A DNA stretch of 64,000 nt from Macrostomum hystrix (taxonomy: Eukaryota; Animalia; Platyhelminthes): contig CATNEN010000031.1 of NCBI GenBank assembly GCA_950097015.1, positions 1,178,001 to 1,242,000 on the forward strand, given 5' to 3'. Of the stretch, positions 63,501 through 64,000 are shown in pieces (positions within the stretch are counted from its first letter, which is position 1; each line of letters begins with the position of its first letter). A model generated the notes under the pieces. The model saw nothing but the letters and a program-made list of their open reading frames with translations, searched no databases and was not told the DNA's origin. The position numbers were made by a program, and so were the translations under genes.

Positions 63501-64000
63501 CCCTGCTTCCCCCCCAGTCCATGGACTGAGCAGCCGTATGCAGTCTTCAGATGCGCTGCGTATTAGCTGCGGCTGTGCTGTCGGCTGCACATCTGGCCCG
63601 ATTGAGGCAGGTGTAATCAATTCAACTATTATTAAGAGATTAAGAGCTTCGGACTCAATACTGAGAGCATTGAGATACTCAAATCTCAACCCCTAGCTAG
63701 ACAATATGCGTCTTTGAATAAGAATAAGACTTCTTCATATTTTCCCGTCTCATCCATTCTGCCTTCTTACCAAATCTCCCTTGACTTGCGTGTTAATTTA
63801 TATCCATCCTATTTCTAAACTGTTTTCAGATGCAGAGCCTGTCAAACTTTTTGTTTAGTCCTTTGGACACTTTCGTCAACGCCGAACTGAAAGTTGACAT
63901 GCGAAAAGGTGTCGACAGAGCGTTGAAAGACTACGAGGCTAGAACTGAGAAGGGTAGGAAAGAGCGACTGCAGTCGGCGAGGGAGTCAAGAGCTGGCGAG
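60566..64000 (+). CDS. ASAP: ASAP-family ArfGAP, N-terminal BAR domain exons (gene runs off the window)
   Basis: Phase-consistent exons 60566-60703, 62073-62145 (DLEQDKATVRRVRKSIKAAHKSG), 62304-62449 (...GQALNKFSAAYKEMNLLLGNL) and 63830-64000 (MQSLSNFLFSPLDTFV...DRALKDYE). They parallel the ASAP1/2 BAR region (LDQDRTALQKVKKSVKAIYNSG; AFVKFSTLTKELSTLLKNL; PFDKAWKDYE). Start codon uncertain. Confidence 0.85.
61605..61920 (-). mobile_element. SINE family A, diverged copy in ASAP intron 1
   Basis: Reverse complement is collinear with 33243-33609, including the TTATT tail. Confidence 0.8.
62904..63635 (+). mobile_element. SINE family B (CORE-like) copy interrupted by an EnSpm-like MITE
   Basis: Head GAGCCTTGTGGTTAGAGCGTCGGACTCACGATTTGAAGA continues after 63363 as TCGGGGGTTCGATTCCCGAC...TGTGTCCTTTAGCAAAACACTCAAC...CACCCAGCTGTTAATTGGG. 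Confidence 0.8.
62943..63361. mobile_element. CACTA/EnSpm-like non-autonomous element, 419 bp
   Basis: Termini CCCGCTAAAAAAT / ATTTTTTACAGGG (11/13 inverted match) with 2-bp TSD GA; removing it restores a continuous tRNA-like SINE head. Confidence 0.75.

Noticed and set aside
63865-63900. TTTCGTCAAC...GTTGAC resembling the MULE subterminal motif
   Set aside because: It lies within the in-frame ASAP exon starting at 63830; coincidental.

Overview
Eukaryotic (metazoan invertebrate) genomic DNA with GT-AG introns, GC-rich exons and roughly one third (~22 kb) tandem minisatellite. The style suggests a Macrostomum-like flatworm, but that is inference only. Genes that can be rebuilt by hand from phase-consistent splice sites: a single-pass receptor with seven tandem YDLL motifs (+, ~1.1-10.0 kb), an ShK-like Cys-rich exon (-, 11.5-11.7 kb), a two-exon class A peptide GPCR (+), Dishevelled (-, at least 9 exons), an orphan 319-aa ORF (-), a KDELC/POGLUT2/3 glycosyltransferase (-) and the 5' part of an ASAP-type BAR/ArfGAP gene (+). 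Mobile DNA: an apparently intact 3.2-kb PHD-FLYWCH-MULE transposon with TIRs and 8-bp TSD, hAT, EnSpm-like, piggyBac-like and foldback MITEs, and two tRNA-derived SINE families (one CORE-like). The most notable feature outside the ORF track is a minimal type I hammerhead ribozyme motif at 12072-12135 in a ~300-bp insert. Most long ORFs in the supplied track are read-throughs of minisatellites. No CRISPR array, rRNA gene or bona fide tRNA gene was seen.
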